Of a DNA stretch of 64,000 nucleotides, positions 42,861 to 52,752 are shown in pieces. The DNA is from Deltaproteobacteria bacterium (GTDB taxonomy: Bacteria > Desulfobacterota > Desulfuromonadia > Desulfuromonadales > JAAYDE01): NCBI GenBank assembly GCA_012729375.1, contig JAAYDE010000053.1, positions 31,941 through 95,940 of the forward strand, written 5' to 3'. The translations under genes and the position numbers were made by a program. Position 1 is the first letter of the stretch. Each line of letters starts with the position of its first letter. Under the pieces are notes generated by a model, which saw only the letters and a list, made by a program, of their open reading frames with translations, was not told where the DNA came from and searched no databases.

Positions 42861-45062
42861 GTGCCCTCTCCCGCTGTCGTCCACGTGGCGGTTTTCGTTC
42901 CCTTGAGGAAACCCTTTTCCTACCTCTGGCCCGCCGGCTGGAAGCAATCTCCCACACCCGGCCTGCTGCTCCGTGTGCCCTTCGGTCCACGCTCCGCCTA
43001 CGGTTTTCTGCTCCGCGTCGGGGCGGGAGGCGAGGCAGAAGAGAATGGTTTGAAAGAGGTGACGGAAATCGTCGATCCCGAGCCTCTTTTTCCGCCCTCC
43101 ATGACCGCTTTTTTTGAACGGATCGCCCGCTATTATCATCATCCCATCGGCGACGTCGTCGGCACGGCCCTGCCGCCGAGCATCTTCGCCCGCATCGCCG
43201 GGGCACCCGCCCCCGAGCTTGTATATTCCGCGGCCGCCACGGAAGCTGTACCACCCGGTCCTAAACAGCGCCAGATAGTGGATTGGCTGCGCCGCCACGG
43301 TTCCACTCCGCGCCGCCAGTTGCGTGCCCTGTTTCCCGGCACGGCACCGGTTCTGAAACGGTTGGCGGCCCTGGGGATGGTGACGGTGGAGGATTGCCGC
43401 AGGGAATGGACGGCCAACGGCGCCGAAGGCGGCGGGGAAGGCATCGCTCCGGAATTGACCGTCGATCAGCGGGATGCCCTGGAAGCGCTGCGGCCGGCTC
43501 TGGCCGGTGACGCATTTGCCCCCTTTCTTCTACATGGAGTGACCGGCAGCGGCAAGACCGAGGTTTACCTGCGGGCCGCGGAAGAGGCCCGCAGCCTGGG
43601 CAGGAAAATCCTCGTCCTGGTTCCGGAAATCGCCCTGACACCGCAGCTGGTGGGGCGTTTCCGGCAGCGCATGGGAGGAGCGCAAAAGGAGATGGCGGTG
43701 CTCCATTCCGGGCTTTCCAATAGGGAACGCCGCACCGTCTGGAAGGGGGTGATGGCCGACCGGATCGATCTGGTCATCGGCACCCGCTCGGCGATTTTCG
43801 CCCCCTTCGAGAGCCTCGGGCTGATCATCGTCGACGAGGAACATGAATCGGGCTACAAGCAGAGCGAAGGGTTCCGCTACAACGCTCGCGATCTGGCCTT
43901 GTGGCGTGCCCAGCTCGACGGGGCGACGGTGATCCTCGGCAGCGCCACGCCGTCCCTGGCCACCTTCCGCCGGGCCCGCGAGGGGAAGATCGGCCTTCTG
44001 TCTTTGCGGTGCCGGGTTCTCTTTCGCCCCCTTCCCGAGGTGCATCTCGTCGACCTGAGCCGCCGTTCGATCCAGGGCTGCCTGAGTCCGGAACTGGTGA
44101 CCGCTCTCGGCGAGAACCTGGAAAGGAAAGAGCAGTCCCTGCTTCTGCTCAACCGTCGGGGGTTTGCTCCTTTTATTCTCTGTCACGACTGCGGCACGGT
44201 GATCCGTTGTCCGCGGTGCGAGATCTCCCTGACCTATTACCGGCGCCGCAATCTGCTGCGCTGCCATTATTGCGACGGCATCGCCGAACCGCCCGACACC
44301 TGTCCTCACTGCCGCGGCGCCAGCCTGAATCCCTGCGGCACCGGTACCGAACGCCTTGAGGAGGAGTTGGTGACCCTCTTTCCCGCCGCCCGTCTGGCCC
44401 GCATGGATAGCGACAGCATGACCGGCAAGGACGCCTATCCGCAAATGGTCGGAAAAATGGCCCGGGGGGATGTCGATATCCTGGTGGGCACGCAGATGGT
44501 GGCCAAGGGGCACGATTTCGCCCGCATCACCCTGGTCGGCGTAGTCGATGCCGATGCCACCCTTTTCCTCCCCGATTTCCGCAGCGCCGAGCGGGCCTTT
44601 TCCCTGCTCACCCAGGTTTCGGGACGGGCCGGCCGCGGGGTGCTGCCGGGGCGGGTGCTGATCCAGACCCGGAACCCCGCCCATTATGTTTTCGGCAGCG
44701 TCATCGGCCACGATTATGAAAACTTTTATGACCAGGAGGGGGTTTTTCGCCGCGATATGGGCTACCCTCCCTTTGGTCATCTGGTCAACATCGTCATCAG
44801 CGGAGGAAAAGACGAGACGGTGGAGGAGGCCGCTTCCCTTCTGGCCGCCTGGCTGCAGAGCAGCGCCGGTGCCGTGGAGGTGCTGGGTCCCGCGCCCTGC
44901 CTGTTAGGCCGCCTGCGGGGAAAGCGGCGTTTGCAGATTGTTCTCAAGGCGGCTTCCAGGCCGCCGCTGCACCAGCTTCTGGAACTGTTTGAAAAAGACG
45001 CCCCGCGGCCCCCGGCAGGGGTAAAAATGATCGTTGATGTCGATCCCGTGGATATGTTCTAA
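42861..45062 (+). CDS. priA: primosomal protein N' (replication restart helicase)
   Basis: HGVTGSGKTEVY, VDEEH and the Cys-rich zinc region CHDCG..CPRCE..CHYC..CPHC. Start proposed at GTG 42861, just after the aroF stop; the start is uncertain. Confidence 0.9.
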   Translation: MPSPAVVHVAVFVPLRKPFSYLWPAGWKQSPTPGLLLRVPFGPRSAYGFLLRVGAGGEAEENGLKEVTEIVDPEPLFPPSMTAFFERIARYYHHPIGDVVGTALPPSIFARIAGAPAPELVYSAAATEAVPPGPKQRQIVDWLRRHGSTPRRQLRALFPGTAPVLKRLAALGMVTVEDCRREWTANGAEGGGEGIAPELTVDQRDALEALRPALAGDAFAPFLLHGVTGSGKTEVYLRAAEEARSLGRKILVLVPEIALTPQLVGRFRQRMGGAQKEMAVLHSGLSNRERRTVWKGVMADRIDLVIGTRSAIFAPFESLGLIIVDEEHESGYKQSEGFRYNARDLALWRAQLDGATVILGSATPSLATFRRAREGKIGLLSLRCRVLFRPLPEVHLVDLSRRSIQGCLSPELVTALGENLERKEQSLLLLNRRGFAPFILCHDCGTVIRCPRCEISLTYYRRRNLLRCHYCDGIAEPPDTCPHCRGASLNPCGTGTERLEEELVTLFPAARLARMDSDSMTGKDAYPQMVGKMARGDVDILVGTQMVAKGHDFARITLVGVVDADATLFLPDFRSAERAFSLLTQVSGRAGRGVLPGRVLIQTRNPAHYVFGSVIGHDYENFYDQEGVFRRDMGYPPFGHLVNIVISGGKDETVEEAASLLAAWLQSSAGAVEVLGPAPCLLGRLRGKRRLQIVLKAASRPPLHQLLELFEKDAPRPPAGVKMIVDVDPVDMF

Positions 45063-45085
45063 AATTCCGACCACCCGCATACCCA

Positions 45086-46303
45086 GTGAAACGGAAAATG
45101 ATGACAAAACCCTTCGCCGCCAGAAACAGGAAGAAAAGCCGCGCCTTCCACGCTGGCATCTTCTCCCTGCCGATACCTCTTTTGGTTCTTTTTCTGCTCC
45201 TGTCCTCCTGCGTGAAAGCTCCTCCCCCGCCGCCGGATGTCCCTCCGAGGGTGGAAAAGATCCCTCCGTTGGCGCCCGTGGATTGGTCGGAAGTGGCGGG
45301 CTGGAACGACCGAAGCCAGGACTTTTTGGCCCCTTTCCAGGTTTTCCGAAATAGTTGCGCGGCGCTGAAGACCCGTTCCCCGTGGCGGGAGGTCTGCGGC
45401 CGGGCCGAGGAGTTGACAGCGGAAAGTCAGGAACAGGCCCGCCGTTTCTTCGAAAGCTTCTTTCGGCCCCATCAGGTGCGCAACGAGGACGGCAACATCG
45501 AGGGCCTGATGACCGGCTATTACGTTCCCGACCTGGTGGGGCGGCGCCACCCAACGGCCCGCTTCCGCCATCCCCTCTATCGCGTCCCGGATGATCTGCT
45601 GACCATCGATCTGGGTGAGTTTCGCAAGGATCTTCAGGGATTGCGCCTGCGCGGACGACTGGACGGGAAAAAAATCATTCCCTATTGGGTACGCTCCCAG
45701 ATCGACGGCCCCCAAAAACCGCTGCTTGGGCAGGAACTTTTCTGGGTTGAGGATCCGGTGGATCTCTTTTTTCTCCACATTCAGGGAAGCGGGCGCATTC
45801 TTCTCGAAAACGGGGCAACGGTCATGGTCGGCTATGCCGAACAGAACGGCCATGCTTACCGCTCCATCGGCAAGCTTCTCATCGATTCAAAGGAGATGAC
45901 CAGGGAGCAGATGTCGATGCAGAACATCCGCGCCTGGGCACGGCGCAACCCGGATAAAACCCTTCAATTGCTCGGCGAGAACCCCCGCTATATTTTTTTT
46001 AGGGAACTTCCGCCCCGTTTTCAGACCCCCCCCGGTTCCCTCGGCATCCCCCTCACTCCCCGCCTCAGCCTGGCCGTCGATCCCAGTGTCATCCCCCTGG
46101 GCGCGCCGGTGATGGTGGCGACCCTGTGGCCGGGTCATGGCGGGCCGCTGAACAAGCTGATGCTGGCCCAGGATACCGGCGGCGCGATAAAAGGCCCGGT
46201 CCGGGGAGACTTTTTCTGGGGTATGGGCGATGCGGCCGGACAATTGGCGGGGCGGATGAAGGAAAAATGTCGTTTCTGGGTACTGTTGCCGCGGGAAGGA
46301 TAG
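45086..46303 (+). CDS. mltA: membrane-bound lytic murein transglycosylase A
   Basis: 405 aa with an MltA-specific domain and a 3D domain (LAVDPSVIPLGAPV..., QDTGGAIKG). Confidence 0.88.
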   Translation: MKRKMMTKPFAARNRKKSRAFHAGIFSLPIPLLVLFLLLSSCVKAPPPPPDVPPRVEKIPPLAPVDWSEVAGWNDRSQDFLAPFQVFRNSCAALKTRSPWREVCGRAEELTAESQEQARRFFESFFRPHQVRNEDGNIEGLMTGYYVPDLVGRRHPTARFRHPLYRVPDDLLTIDLGEFRKDLQGLRLRGRLDGKKIIPYWVRSQIDGPQKPLLGQELFWVEDPVDLFFLHIQGSGRILLENGATVMVGYAEQNGHAYRSIGKLLIDSKEMTREQMSMQNIRAWARRNPDKTLQLLGENPRYIFFRELPPRFQTPPGSLGIPLTPRLSLAVDPSVIPLGAPVMVATLWPGHGGPLNKLMLAQDTGGAIKGPVRGDFFWGMGDAAGQLAGRMKEKCRFWVLLPREG

Positions 46304-46393
46304 ACGCTTTCGGCGCCAAACTTGCTGTCATCGGGGAAGGTTTTTCGTTTGGCCAGGACGTTCAGGATAAACCGTTTTTAACAGGGGGGGTGC

Positions 46394-47659
46394 ATGACAG
46401 GGAGAATTTGGGTTGTGCTGATTTTTTTTCTGCTGTTGTATCCGGGATTCGTCTGCCAATCCTGGGGGGCGGGCTTCGCCATTTTTACCCAGGGAGCCTC
46501 CTCCCTTGGCCAGGCGGCGGCGGTGGTCGCCCACACCAACGGCCCCTCTGCCATCTTTTTCAATCCGGCGTTGCTCAACGATCTCGGCGGTACCCAGGTT
46601 GAGGTCGGAACCACCCTGCTGAGTTTCAACCGTTCCTTCAAGAGCAGCACCGACGGCCGCGGCCACGCCATGGACGATGACCTCTATTTCCCCAGCACCT
46701 TTTACCTTTCCCATGCCTGCAACGATCGGGTGACCGTCGGCCTGGGCGTTTTTTCCCCCTTCGGCCTGGCTACCGACTGGGATCCCCGTTGGGAAGGGCG
46801 CTACATCTCCACCCGCGCCGAGATGACCACCTACACCCTCAACCCGGTGGTCTCGGTGCGCGTCACGCCGCGCCTGTCCCTGGCGGGCGGGGTGAATTTC
46901 GTCTGGGCCGACGCCGAGTTGGAAAACAAAATCCCCGCTTATCCTCTGGCCGATATCAACCAGAAGTTCAAGGGGGACGATTTCGGCGTCGGTTTCAATC
47001 TGGGATTGGCTTTCCAGGCGACGGAGCGCATCACTCTGGGCCTTTCCTACCGCAGCGAGGTGGATCTGACGGTTACCGGGGATGCATCGTTCAGGCTTCC
47101 CGATCCGGGGCTTGGCGCGTACTTCTCCAAAACCGGAGGCAAGGCCGATCAGACCCTGCCCCGGCAGGTTTTTGCCGGGATCGCCTGGCAGATCACTGAG
47201 CCGCTGACCGTGGAGACCGGGGTGCGCTGGGAGGACTGGTCCTCCAACGAGCGGATGAAAATCAAGCTCGATCGACCCATCGGCCCGCCCGGCAGTGCGG
47301 TTTCGGAAAAGATCGTGCCGCGGGACTGGCGGGACACCTGGGCGTACAATCTCGGCGTTACCTACCGCCTGAACGACCATGTGGCGTTACTGGCCGGCTA
47401 CCTCTACGGTGAAAACCCGGTCCCCAATTCCACTTTTGATCCTTCCATCCCCGATTCCGACACCCATCTTTTCACTCTCGGCACTGATCTGACCTTCGGC
47501 AACCTGCTCCTGTCCCTAAGCTACGGCTACCAGAAACAGGAAAACCGCCGGAAAAACAACTTGGTCGGCGCTGAATACGCCGCTCTCGGCGGTACCGCCA
47601 ACGGCCGCTACGAAACGGATGTTCATCTGGCCGCCCTCAGCGTCGGTTATCGTTTCTGA
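46394..47659 (+). CDS. outer-membrane transport protein (OmpP1/FadL/TodX family)
   Basis: Signal peptide, then GAGFAIFTQGASSLGQAAA...NPA, a beta-barrel pattern and a C-terminal ...VGYRF. Confidence 0.85.
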   Translation: MTGRIWVVLIFFLLLYPGFVCQSWGAGFAIFTQGASSLGQAAAVVAHTNGPSAIFFNPALLNDLGGTQVEVGTTLLSFNRSFKSSTDGRGHAMDDDLYFPSTFYLSHACNDRVTVGLGVFSPFGLATDWDPRWEGRYISTRAEMTTYTLNPVVSVRVTPRLSLAGGVNFVWADAELENKIPAYPLADINQKFKGDDFGVGFNLGLAFQATERITLGLSYRSEVDLTVTGDASFRLPDPGLGAYFSKTGGKADQTLPRQVFAGIAWQITEPLTVETGVRWEDWSSNERMKIKLDRPIGPPGSAVSEKIVPRDWRDTWAYNLGVTYRLNDHVALLAGYLYGENPVPNSTFDPSIPDSDTHLFTLGTDLTFGNLLLSLSYGYQKQENRRKNNLVGAEYAALGGTANGRYETDVHLAALSVGYRF

Positions 47660-47676
47660 TTTTTTTGGAGGTGTGG

Positions 47677-48474
47677 ATGGCCACCTATCTGATGGAGGAT
47701 GGGGATGAGGGCGAACGGCTGCGACTCAAAACCGACCGTGCCGTGGTTGAGCGACAGGCCCGCTGGGCCGGGATCGGCGCCGGAATGCGGGTGCTCGACG
47801 TGGGCTGCGGCGCCGGTGTGACCAGTGCCATCCTCGGCGATCTGGTGTCGCCGCAAGGCTCGATCCTAGGTATCGACGCCTCAGCGGAGCGGATAGAAAC
47901 CGCTCGGCGGAACTTTCAGGGTCCGGGGGTCGCTTTTGCCTGTCGGGATTTTCGCCAACAGATGGAGGGGCTGGGGGCTTTCGATTTCATCTGGGTTCGC
48001 TTCGTTCTCGAGTATCATCGCAGCGGTGCTTTCGACATCGTCGGACGCCTGTCGGATTTGCTCAGACCGGGCGGCATTCTCTGCCTCATCGACCTCGACC
48101 ACAATTGCCTCAATCATTACGGCCTTTCGGCTCGGTTGGAAAGAAACATCCAGGGGGTCATGGATTGGCTTCGTGAGCGGGCCGATTTCGACCCCTTCAT
48201 GGGACGCAGACTCTACTCTTTCCTCTATGACCTGGGTCTTGAGGATATCGAAGTCAAAATGACTCCCCACCATCTGATCTTCGGTGAGCTCAGTGAGGTC
48301 GACCGTTACAACTGGTGGCGGAAACTGGCGGTGGCAGCCCGCGGCTCGGGCTGGAGTTGGGCCGACTACGAACAGGGTTTTGACGGATTTGCCGCTGAAT
48401 TCATGGATTTTTTCAGCGATCCCCGGCGTTTTACCTATACCCCGATGATTGCCTGCCGGGGGTGTCGCAGGTAA
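47677..48474 (+). CDS. class I SAM-dependent methyltransferase
   Basis: VLDVGCGAGV motif. GGAGG lies 5 nt upstream of ATG 47677. Confidence 0.8.
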   Translation: MATYLMEDGDEGERLRLKTDRAVVERQARWAGIGAGMRVLDVGCGAGVTSAILGDLVSPQGSILGIDASAERIETARRNFQGPGVAFACRDFRQQMEGLGAFDFIWVRFVLEYHRSGAFDIVGRLSDLLRPGGILCLIDLDHNCLNHYGLSARLERNIQGVMDWLRERADFDPFMGRRLYSFLYDLGLEDIEVKMTPHHLIFGELSEVDRYNWWRKLAVAARGSGWSWADYEQGFDGFAAEFMDFFSDPRRFTYTPMIACRGCRR

Positions 48475-48494
48475 AACTTGCCGCGGGAGTTTTT

Positions 48495-50561
48495 TCAACT
48501 CCATACTTCGCTGACGGAAAATTCGTTTCCCGCGATGTTGTCCGGCGGGCCGCCGGCTTTTTGCGGTGACTTTGGAAGGGTGGAGAAAGGCGCTGCCGCC
48601 GGGTCGAGCGGGCAATTGGTTTTTTGGCCTCCCATTGCCTCTTTTAAAAAGTAGTTGCAGAAAGCCTTGATTATCTTTTCCTCGAAATGAACCCCGCTCT
48701 TTTTTTCCAGTAATTTGAACGCTTCCCGGACCGGCATCGGTTGCCGGTAGTGGCGCTGGGAGGTGATGGCCTCGAAAAAATCGGCGACGGCAATGATCTT
48801 CGCCCCCAGCGGGATCCGGTTCCCTTTCAAGCCTAATGGATATCCGCTGCCGTCGATTTTTTCGTGATGAGCGCCCGCCACCAGCGGTACCTCCTTGAAA
48901 ATCCCTTCGAAATTGATTCGCTCCAGAATCTCCCGCGTTTTCGCGGCGTGGGTTTTGACTATCTCATACTCTTTCTGGGTAAGCCGTTCCTGCTTTTTGA
49001 GGATGGCATCGGGCACGCCGATCTTGCCGTAATCGTGGAGCAGGGCGGCAACCCGGATCATGCTTTGATAGTTTTCGTCAAGGCCCAGTTCCTGACAGAT
49101 GCCGAGGGAGTATTCAGTCACCCTTTCGGAATGCCCCGCCGTGTAGGGATCCCGGGATTCGATACTCGCCGCCAGTACCTGAAGGGTCGAATTGAACTGT
49201 TTCGCTTTTGTTTCCAGCCGTTCGGCGTTGCGGATGCTGACGCCGATGATGGGGGCGATGCCCATCAGCAGATTGAGGTCGTTCTGCAAAAGAGGACGTT
49301 TGGATTTGAAGTGATCGACCAATAGCACGCCGAGGGGTTCGTCCTCACAGATGATCGGGCAGCAGATGCAGGATTGAACGCCCAATTTTTTGGCCAGGAA
49401 CATCCCCCGGGCGAGCTCTTTTTCCTCCACCCTGTCGATATTGTTGATAAGAAATGGTTTCCGTTTATTGAAGGTGTGGGAAAAGATGGCCCCGTCATCA
49501 ATTTTTTCAAGGTCAAAAGGAATGTTGCGCAGCAGCGCCAGTTGAGCTTCCTGGTAACCGAAGCTGGACCGTAGGTGCAGCCGTTTTTTTTCGGCATCGG
49601 CCAGCAGGATCAAGCCCCGGTCGTAAACGAGATGTTTTTTGAGTACCCGGATGAGGCTGTTGAGAATATTGTCGATGTTGGCCTGGCTGCTGATAATGGC
49701 GCCGATTTCGTGGGACAGAAGGACATTGTTGTAGTTGAGATTGACCTGGTCCAAAAGTTCCTGGGCAGAGACACGGATATTGGCCAGTTTCGGCTGCAGT
49801 TCCTTTTTTTCGTGCCAGGTGGCGACCAGGGAAAGGGTCAGAATAAGGATGGCGGTCAACGGCGCCAGGGTGGAGAGAGCCAATTGCGGTTGCCACAGGA
49901 GGGTGGCCAAAACCAGTAGAACCGCAGGCGCCGAAACCAGGTTGCGCAGGCGGCGCCACAGGGCGGAGGGGGATTTTTGCCAGGAAATGGTATAGCGGCA
50001 GCAGCGGTTCCCTTTGAAGAGGCATTCATCATGTTCAATGCGGGGGAACTCGTTGGTGAGAATCTTGCCGATTGCCTCGAAAAAACCGATACGGTTTTCA
50101 CATTGGAAAGATTCTTCCTGCACCCCTGCGAAGGGGGTCACGGTGATTTCCACCCGGTCGGCCGCCAGCTTTTTCGCTTCGTAAAGAGAAGAACGGGTAA
50201 AGTTGGCGGTGGTTTTCTGGATCATCCCGTAGGCGGTGGCTAGATCAAGCATGCCGAGGACATATTTGCGCATTACCCCCATGGCATCGGGGGAAGCGGC
50301 GTAGCGTCCGGCGTCTTTGGCGATGTGGGGATTCCCCGTCAGTTGAACCAGTCGTTGGTGGAAGCGATTGACCTGTTCCTGGGTGAACCATTGTCCTTCG
50401 TCCTCCACCTGGTAAGGTTTTATTCCGGCATAGGCAAGCAGTTCGTCGATGTTGACGTGGCAGTAACGGCTGCGGATCAATAAAATAAAGGCTTCCAGGA
50501 TGCGGCTGTTGTAGAGCGGGGGAGCGGCGACGGTGGCCGGAGCACTGGCGGCAACAATCAT
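48495..50561 (-). CDS. membrane-anchored sensor protein with GAF-like and HD-GYP domains (c-di-GMP phosphodiesterase family)
   Basis: An N-terminal ~200-aa domain, two hydrophobic segments, then HDYGK and HHEKIDGSGYP motifs. ATG 50561 or TTG 50570 could be the start; it is immediately downstream of the PilZ gene. Confidence 0.85.
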   Translation of the reverse strand: MIVAASAPATVAAPPLYNSRILEAFILLIRSRYCHVNIDELLAYAGIKPYQVEDEGQWFTQEQVNRFHQRLVQLTGNPHIAKDAGRYAASPDAMGVMRKYVLGMLDLATAYGMIQKTTANFTRSSLYEAKKLAADRVEITVTPFAGVQEESFQCENRIGFFEAIGKILTNEFPRIEHDECLFKGNRCCRYTISWQKSPSALWRRLRNLVSAPAVLLVLATLLWQPQLALSTLAPLTAILILTLSLVATWHEKKELQPKLANIRVSAQELLDQVNLNYNNVLLSHEIGAIISSQANIDNILNSLIRVLKKHLVYDRGLILLADAEKKRLHLRSSFGYQEAQLALLRNIPFDLEKIDDGAIFSHTFNKRKPFLINNIDRVEEKELARGMFLAKKLGVQSCICCPIICEDEPLGVLLVDHFKSKRPLLQNDLNLLMGIAPIIGVSIRNAERLETKAKQFNSTLQVLAASIESRDPYTAGHSERVTEYSLGICQELGLDENYQSMIRVAALLHDYGKIGVPDAILKKQERLTQKEYEIVKTHAAKTREILERINFEGIFKEVPLVAGAHHEKIDGSGYPLGLKGNRIPLGAKIIAVADFFEAITSQRHYRQPMPVREAFKLLEKKSGVHFEEKIIKAFCNYFLKEAMGGQKTNCPLDPAAAPFSTLPKSPQKAGGPPDNIAGNEFSVSEVWS

Positions 50562-50566
50562 GGATA

Positions 50567-52654
50567 TCAACCCGATTCGCTTTGAGGGCCGCGGAAAAAA
50601 CGCTTCAGGTAGCGGAAGTATTCATCCACGTGCCGGAGGTTCATAACCCAGAGATTATAGATCTTTTCGTAGCCGATGCCGGTACTGTCGGCATAGCAGC
50701 GGGGAAAAATCATCACCGGCAGTTCCTTCTGGTCATATTTCCTCTTCATCTCCCCGATGACTTCGAAAAGGGTGTTTTTATCCAGGGCTGGCCCATTGAC
50801 CACGAAAAGATGAAGGCAATGGGTGAGGTCGGACATGTTCAGCCCCAGTTCCGAAAGGTTGAGCAGCAAAATCGCCACCAGCACTCCATCTTTTTTCAGC
50901 GCCAGAAGATGTCTTTCCTTGTGGAAACCCCATCTGTGGAACTCCTTTTCGATGGAGCCGGCGAAGGCGGAAGCGGTTTCCAGATCCATGGCACGCAGCA
51001 TCAACCCAGCGGATTCCTGTTCATAGAAACAGGCCAGGTGGACGATATCCTTTTCCTCGCAGGGGGTCAATTTCCATTTGGGAGAGGAAGGTTTTTCACT
51101 TTCTTTTTCGGGCAGGGAGTGGAAATAGGCAAAGGAGTCAAGAGAACACTTGCCGGCATCCGCCAGTTGGCGTGCCACTCCGCCAAAAATCCGATCGGGG
51201 AAGCGGTTTTCCGGGCGGTAGTAGCACATGACATACTGCATGTGAATGGAATAGAGATTGAGGGAATCATTGATGAAACTGCCGATCTGATTGAGCACCA
51301 TGATGCCGGCGCGGTTTGTCTCTTTGGTGGCGGCGGCGTGATGATGGATCAACCAGGAATTTTCATAGAAGCGGAGCATGGCCATGTGGCCGAGGATTTT
51401 GCCATTTTTCTGATAGATGAAGTGGCGGGCGATATCCGGATGCTCGGTGTAGAGTTTCTCGTAGATTTTTTTGAGTTCCACTTTTTTATGGCGCAGAGCG
51501 GCATATTTCTGAGGATAGATAAATCCCGTTTCAAAGAAGAAACTCCATAAAGCGTCCATATCGACGGGGGTCAAGCAATGGGAGTGGCGGTCTCCGGCCT
51601 GCTGCAGCAGGGCCTCCAGTTTGACATGGTCAGCGATGTTCATATCGAGAAGGGCGATCCCGTGACGGACGATGACCGGCTCCTTGTCGCTGGCAACGCT
51701 GCGGTTGACAACCTGAGCCTGGCATTGGATGTCCAAGGTTCCGGCGAAGGAAATGGTAACGGCAGGTAACATCAGACCGGGCAGGAGCACCGCCTCTTTG
51801 GCTTCCTCCTCTACGGCGAAACCGGAACCGGAGAGGGATTCGATTCCCAGGATGACCCTTTTGCCGGTCAGCGGATGGCGGAAAATCATTTCCGGCGCCG
51901 GGGTCAATATCTGGCGGTTGCTGCGGAATTCCTTGGTCCTGAAACGTTGTGTGTAGCGGTTGGCCAAGCGGAAGACGAAATCACGGGTTTCTTCTCCATG
52001 CCCTTGGCGCCCCAGGTAACACTCCCCGGAATAAAGAATCTGCTCCTCTCTGGAGAGGATCAGATAGCCTGGGGCATTCGGATCGATCCAGAAAAAGCGT
52101 TGGGGGGGGTTGGCCTCCAGGCGGACTCTCAGGAAGTCGGGGCTGAAATCAGTCAGAAGGCCTTCGAACTGGGCACTGTTCTGGAGAAACCGGGCGCTGA
52201 TTCCGGTGCAGGGATGGCGGCGGTAACGGCGGGCGCGGATTTCCCATGCCTGTTCGGGCAGAGCCAGTTCAAGCCCCTCCATATCCATGCGGCGCAAAGT
52301 TCCTTCCACCAGCAGAAGGCACAGCCCATCGTTCAGAAGCAGGTGGTTGAAATGGTAATTGTCCAACTTTTTGGGCAAATCCTGGGACTGGTCCCATCTC
52401 AGGCACAGAGTGTCGTCAAAAACGGGTTCAGGAAAGGCGCTGATCGAATGAGAATGGGGATATTGGCCATGGCGGAAAATAGCCAGCAGATCCCTGTCCT
52501 GAAAGTTGAGAAAATTTAACCTGTCGATGAGCTGTCGCCGCGACAGCGTTTTGTATTCCTCGATGGGATTTTCCCTGGTCGCCGTAACCATTCCGTTCAG
52601 CGCATGGGTTTTCTGAGCCACACCTGCCCTCCTGGTCGTCATTGTATATGTCAA
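50567..52654 (-). CDS. tandem PilZ-domain protein with a ~330-aa unassigned C-terminal region
   Basis: Two RxxxR...[D/N]xSxxG signatures: RARRYRRH...DFSPDFLRV and FRSNRQ...ESLSGSGFAV. The start is TTG 52654 or ATG 52642. Confidence 0.75.
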   Translation of the reverse strand: MTYTMTTRRAGVAQKTHALNGMVTATRENPIEEYKTLSRRQLIDRLNFLNFQDRDLLAIFRHGQYPHSHSISAFPEPVFDDTLCLRWDQSQDLPKKLDNYHFNHLLLNDGLCLLLVEGTLRRMDMEGLELALPEQAWEIRARRYRRHPCTGISARFLQNSAQFEGLLTDFSPDFLRVRLEANPPQRFFWIDPNAPGYLILSREEQILYSGECYLGRQGHGEETRDFVFRLANRYTQRFRTKEFRSNRQILTPAPEMIFRHPLTGKRVILGIESLSGSGFAVEEEAKEAVLLPGLMLPAVTISFAGTLDIQCQAQVVNRSVASDKEPVIVRHGIALLDMNIADHVKLEALLQQAGDRHSHCLTPVDMDALWSFFFETGFIYPQKYAALRHKKVELKKIYEKLYTEHPDIARHFIYQKNGKILGHMAMLRFYENSWLIHHHAAATKETNRAGIMVLNQIGSFINDSLNLYSIHMQYVMCYYRPENRFPDRIFGGVARQLADAGKCSLDSFAYFHSLPEKESEKPSSPKWKLTPCEEKDIVHLACFYEQESAGLMLRAMDLETASAFAGSIEKEFHRWGFHKERHLLALKKDGVLVAILLLNLSELGLNMSDLTHCLHLFVVNGPALDKNTLFEVIGEMKRKYDQKELPVMIFPRCYADSTGIGYEKIYNLWVMNLRHVDEYFRYLKRFFRGPQSESG

Positions 52655-52752
52655 TGCAATTCTAGTGAAAAGTTTACGGGTTTGGAGAAAAATTTTGCGG
52701 AGAAAAGCCGCGCCGGGAAAATTTAGTGGAGACGATTTTTTATTAAAAAACG

